Below, in pieces: positions 60,598-64,000 of a stretch of DNA of 64,000 nt. The position numbers and the translations under genes were made by a program. Positions within the stretch are counted from its first letter, which is position 1, and every line of letters starts with the position of its first letter. The notes under the pieces were generated by a model. It saw only the letters and a list, made by a program, of their open reading frames with translations. It was not told where the DNA came from and did no database searches. Origin of the DNA: an uncultured delta proteobacterium (lineage in GTDB: Bacteria > Desulfobacterota > BSN033 > UBA1163); contig CAVSVC010000052.1 in assembly GCA_963731045.1 (NCBI GenBank), forward strand, positions 102,947 through 166,946, read 5' to 3'.

Positions 60598-61634
60598 AAA
60601 TTCTGATCTTGGGTGCCAATGGTTTTATCGGTCATCACCTGACCCAGCGAGTCCTCAACACCACGGACTGGAGTGTTTACGGAATGGATCTGGCCTTCGA
60701 CAGGCTGGACCGGGTCATTTCCCACCCCCGGTTTCATTTCATTGAGGGAGATATCGCGATCAACCGGGAATGGATTGAGTATCACGTCAAAAAGTGTGAT
60801 GTGATCATTCCGCTGGTGGCGATCGCCACACCGAAGCTCTACATGACGGACCCTCTGGGCGTTTTCCGTCTGGATTTCGAGATGAACCTCAATGTGGTCA
60901 AACAATGCGTTCATTATCACAAAAGGGTTGTTTTTCCTTCCACATCCGAAGTCTATGGCGCCTCTCCCGAGCCTGAATTCAAAGAAGACGAAACCTTCCT
61001 CGTCCTCGGACCGATCCACAAAGAGCGGTGGATTTATGCCTGCTGCAAGCAGCTTCTCGACCGTGTCATCTACGCTTACGGGACCCGGGGGCACCTCGAG
61101 TTTACCTTGTTTCGACCGTTCAACTGGATTGGCCCCAGGCTGGATTCTCTGGATACGGCGAAGGAGGGGAGTTCCAGGGTGGTGACCCAATTCATTGCGG
61201 AGCTCCTCATGAAGAGGCCCCTCTCCCTGGTGGACGGGGGGCATCAAAAACGGTGCTTTACCTATGTGGACGATGGGATCGACGCCCTGATGAAGATCCT
61301 CGAAAATAAGAACGGATGTTGCAGGAACGAAATCATCAATATCGGCAATCCCGAGAATGAGTGCTCCGTCAGGGAGTTGGCCTGTCTTCTTAAAGGGATC
61401 TTCATGGCCCATCCGAAGCATCGGGGCGACAAGATTTTTTCCGAAATCATGGACGCGCCTTCGGACCTGTATTATGGGAAAGGCTACCAGGATATCCTGA
61501 GCAGAAAACCCAGCATCGAGAAAGCCGGAAGGCTCCTTGGATGGAGCCCCCGAATCGGTCTTGAAGAATCCCTCAAGAAAACCCTCGACGCCTTCTTAGA
61601 GGAAAATGAAAACCTTCCCGAAGTCAACGAATAA
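60594..61634 (+). CDS. arnA: UDP-glucuronic acid oxidative decarboxylase (ArnA C-terminal dehydrogenase domain as separate protein; NAD-dependent epimerase/dehydratase family)
   Basis: ILILGANGFIGHHL Rossmann motif; ..STSEVYG..YACCK.. catalytic YxxxK. ATGA overlap with the formyltransferase gene. Confidence 0.85.
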   Translation: MKILILGANGFIGHHLTQRVLNTTDWSVYGMDLAFDRLDRVISHPRFHFIEGDIAINREWIEYHVKKCDVIIPLVAIATPKLYMTDPLGVFRLDFEMNLNVVKQCVHYHKRVVFPSTSEVYGASPEPEFKEDETFLVLGPIHKERWIYACCKQLLDRVIYAYGTRGHLEFTLFRPFNWIGPRLDSLDTAKEGSSRVVTQFIAELLMKRPLSLVDGGHQKRCFTYVDDGIDALMKILENKNGCCRNEIINIGNPENECSVRELACLLKGIFMAHPKHRGDKIFSEIMDAPSDLYYGKGYQDILSRKPSIEKAGRLLGWSPRIGLEESLKKTLDAFLEENENLPEVNE

Positions 61635-62499
61635 GAAGGGTATCCTGGGCCTCAAGATCGATGTGGACACCTATGTGGGCATGAAACGGGGTGTCCCGCG
61701 TCTTCTCTCCGTGCTGGCCCGCTTCGGGATGCAGGCGACTTTCTACCTCAGCATGGGACCGGATGCGTCAGGGAGGGCCGTTCTTCAACTGCTCAAGAAC
61801 CCCCGGTTTCTGAAAAAGATGGTCAAGACGAATGCCGGACGTCTTTACGGCATGAAGACCGCCCTCTACGGAACACTCCTGCCTTCTCCCATGATCGCTC
61901 TTTCTTTTCCAGAAGTCGTGGAGGAGATTGTTTTGGCCGGCCATGAGGTGGAGTTTCACGCATGGGACCACAGGCGGTGGCAGGATGAACTTCCAGCACG
62001 ATCCTCCGCCTGGATTGAGGACTGGTTTGAGAAGGGGTTGACCGCTTATCGGAATCTGGTTAAGAAGGAACCGCTTTCCTTCGGAGCGCCCGCCTGGCTC
62101 ATTGATGACCGGGTACTTGGAGATCGCAGGAAGATACCCTTTTCAATATCTGAGCTGTACACAGGGCGAAGAAACCGTTCATCCATGAAATATCCCGTCT
62201 GATCGAGATTCCTTCGGACCTCCCCTGTTTTGAAGAGACCGGTGTCCCCGGAGGGTGTTTCGACAGATTCTTCAGATGTCTGGAAGATGGAGGGACTCCA
62301 TGTCCTTCCTGTCCACGCCGAGGTGGAAGGCGGCATCTGGGAGAGCTATTTCGTCGAATTGTGTGAGAAGGTGCAGAGCATGGATGTTGAGGTGCTTCCC
62401 CTCTCAAGGATCGGGACCCTTCTCAGGTCCGAACCGTTACCCGTGCGGAAGTACCGTCTGGAAATGCTTCCCGGCCGTTCCAGCCCCTGCGCGGTGTAA
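61606..62499 (+). CDS. arnD: 4-deoxy-4-formamido-L-arabinose-phosphoundecaprenol deformylase ArnD (polysaccharide deacetylase family), multiply frameshifted (62150-62290)
   Basis: The N-part (..GLKIDVDTYVGMKRGVPRLL..HAWDHRRWQ..) is collinear with E. coli ArnD. The motifs YLSCTQG, ..PFIHE..IEIPSDLP.. and ..LPVHAEVEG.. appear successively in three different frames. ORF 62230..62499 is the C-terminus. Confidence 0.75.
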
Positions 62500-62546
62500 G
62501 GTTTTGCCAAATACTTCAAAAAGAACCCGGCGGGGCCGCGACGACT

Positions 62547-63365
62547 TCACGTTACAATAGGCGAGGCTCCCTGATCAAAGGGATTTGTTCTCAGAGCCAG
62601 GGAGAAAAGATAAGGATATTGGCGTTTCAGATGTTTCATATAGGGCAGCCATTCCTTCACCAGGAGGGAATAGGCCCTCCGGATATCCCCTTTCAGGTGG
62701 TCCACATCGCTTTCGGGCAACCCCATCAGCTCCTCACGGCAAACCAGTTCTTCGATCAGGTGGAAGACAGCGAGAAGAAGTTCCGTAAAGGTTTCGTGTT
62801 CGAGAAGATTCGGGTTCTCCATAAGACGGAGGAGAAATTCCCTTTGCCCGACCAGAAAGCGTTTCAGGTCCTCGAGGTCGAAGCGATGGATCTCGATGGC
62901 GTATGCGTAGGTCTGAAGCTCCTTGGCGACCTTCGAAAAATCCTGGTCTGACCAGTCATTGGTCATGATCAGACCTTTCCGGATGACTTCCAGCTCAGGG
63001 TCGAATTTTGAGAAATCGGCCAGCAGGCGTGTCCCCACGCCGCTATAGAAGACACCGATGATCATGTTCAACTTCTGAAGCCGTCTCTCGTCTTCCCGTT
63101 TGGCGAGCATGATCTCCGTTCCGTTGGCAATCACTCCCAGAAACGTACCCACCCCCATCACAATCACAAACATCGCCAGCAGCTTTCCGGGGAGGGTCAC
63201 AGGATGGATGTCTCCGTAACCGACGGTGGCCATGGTGACGATGCTGAAGTAAAGGGCATCGGTCAGAGACAGGCCTTCAACGGCCATGAATCCGACGACG
63301 GCTAGGAGAATGACACCGATCAGGATAATCAGGAAAATCCTGAATCGTACCTGGAGAGATTTCAT
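62547..63365 (-). CDS. potassium channel family protein (2-TM pore, TVGYGD filter, cytoplasmic C-terminal domain)
   Basis: ..FSIVTMATVGYGDIHP.. selectivity filter between two TM helices; product is 272 aa. Confidence 0.8.
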   Translation of the reverse strand: MKSLQVRFRIFLIILIGVILLAVVGFMAVEGLSLTDALYFSIVTMATVGYGDIHPVTLPGKLLAMFVIVMGVGTFLGVIANGTEIMLAKREDERRLQKLNMIIGVFYSGVGTRLLADFSKFDPELEVIRKGLIMTNDWSDQDFSKVAKELQTYAYAIEIHRFDLEDLKRFLVGQREFLLRLMENPNLLEHETFTELLLAVFHLIEELVCREELMGLPESDVDHLKGDIRRAYSLLVKEWLPYMKHLKRQYPYLFSLALRTNPFDQGASPIVT

Positions 63366-63554
63366 CGTCGACTATTTTAAGCTGCTGAAATCTTGGCATG
63401 GGACTGGCGGGAACTGGAAAGGCCGTGAAACCTGCTGCATGCAGGCAGGCTTCATGACGTTGACCAATTGTCTCCCGACGGGTCTGCCGAGCTGCGAGGC
63501 GATGAGAGGCTATGTTGGCACGTCCAGCTGAATGAATGAGAGAACGGGCAACGC

Positions 63555-64000
63555 TTACACCGGTTCGCCCGGTTTGGCCGAGCCGCCGAGCCAGGCCTTG
63601 CCCTCCGCATAAAGTTTTTCGACGGCAGGCCCCCGTAATCCCGGGAGACCCTCCTTGACCTTGAAGCCGTTCTTCCACTGAAGATAGGTGAGGTGGCGGT
63701 AACCTTCCGGGAAACGCATGAGCCATTCCTGGTCGAGCTTCAGAACGGCTGACGGGTCGACCGGGTCGAGGCGGTCTTTCTCATAGATCGGCTGCCGCCG
63801 GACGATACCCCAGCGGCCTTCCCGTTTTTCGAGGAAATCGTAAAAGCGTCCGAGGCACTGCACATCGACCAGGACCCCCTCAAGGGACGCCCTCTGGTGA
63901 ATGGTCATCTTGACCTGGGAGATCGCCCGTGTTCCGGCAATCTCACAGCTCCATCCGCCCAGGGTGTGAAGGATGTTGACCCCTTTATTGAAACCGTCAC
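63555..64000 (-). CDS. NTF2-like / SnoaL-like (ring-hydroxylating dioxygenase beta-subunit-like) domain protein, 5' end outside window
   Basis: The reading frame stays open upstream of the annotated Met to the window edge (..DGFNKGVNILHTLGGWSCEIAGTRAISQVK-MTIHQRASLEG..). ..GRWGIVRRQPIYEKD.. resembles the NTF2-like beta-subunit fold. Confidence 0.5.
   Translation of the reverse strand, partial: DGFNKGVNILHTLGGWSCEIAGTRAISQVKMTIHQRASLEGVLVDVQCLGRFYDFLEKREGRWGIVRRQPIYEKDRLDPVDPSAVLKLDQEWLMRFPEGYRHLTYLQWKNGFKVKEGLPGLRGPAVEKLYAEGKAWLGGSAKPGEPV

Noticed and set aside
62230-62499. 89-aa ORF as an independent gene
   Set aside because: Collinear with the C-terminus of ArnD (..HAEVEG..). Treated as part of frameshifted arnD.
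62480-62546. Terminator downstream of the K+ channel gene
   Set aside because: Only a 4-bp GC stem (CGGC-GGGG-GCCG) followed by TTCTTTTT on the minus strand. Too weak to call confidently.

Overview
The window is a GC-rich chromosomal segment from a Gram-negative anaerobe, probably a syntrophic or sulfate-reducing deltaproteobacterium (Desulfobacterota-type). It carries three functional blocks.

(1) 1-20046: an organic-acid catabolic and transport block. Genes: LivF-like ATPase, BKACE/DUF849 beta-keto-acid cleavage enzyme, ADP-forming acyl-CoA synthetase, RraA-like, amidohydrolase, Asp/Glu-racemase-like, TctBAC tricarboxylate transporter, a three-subunit CoxSML-type molybdoenzyme, a single-polypeptide Mop-type aldehyde oxidoreductase, a TrmFO/GidA-like flavoprotein and a Liv-type binding protein.

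(2) 22063-54644: a ~32 kb run of ~30 genes, all on the minus strand, for acyl-CoA metabolism. It holds the methylmalonyl-CoA pathway (epimerase, two split B12 mutase pairs, MeaB, carboxyltransferase) and beta-oxidation (two thiolases, Hbd, three acyl-CoA dehydrogenases plus a remnant). It also holds an SCPx-thiolase/DUF35 pair, EtfAB, an HdrD-like FeS oxidoreductase, two HdrA-like flavoproteins, a PaaK-like ligase, and a Liv-type ABC transporter with an embedded long-chain acyl-CoA synthetase.

(3) 55149-62499: an Ara4N lipid A modification cluster (ArnE/F-like, ArnT, ArnB, ArnC, split ArnA-FT and ArnA-DH, ArnD). It is followed by a K+ channel and a partial NTF2-like gene.

The most unusual signals are non-coding. 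Nearly every intergenic spacer inside the long minus-strand cluster contains a long hairpin whose arms are tandem short repeats. One dispersed family is built from (T)GGAATAT octamers. There are also shared leader motifs, a duplicated promoter cassette in a small AT-rich islet, and a structured attenuator-like leader upstream of the transporter operon. At least eight conserved genes carry 1-nt frameshifts, mostly in C/G homopolymers, so sequence errors are a serious possibility.
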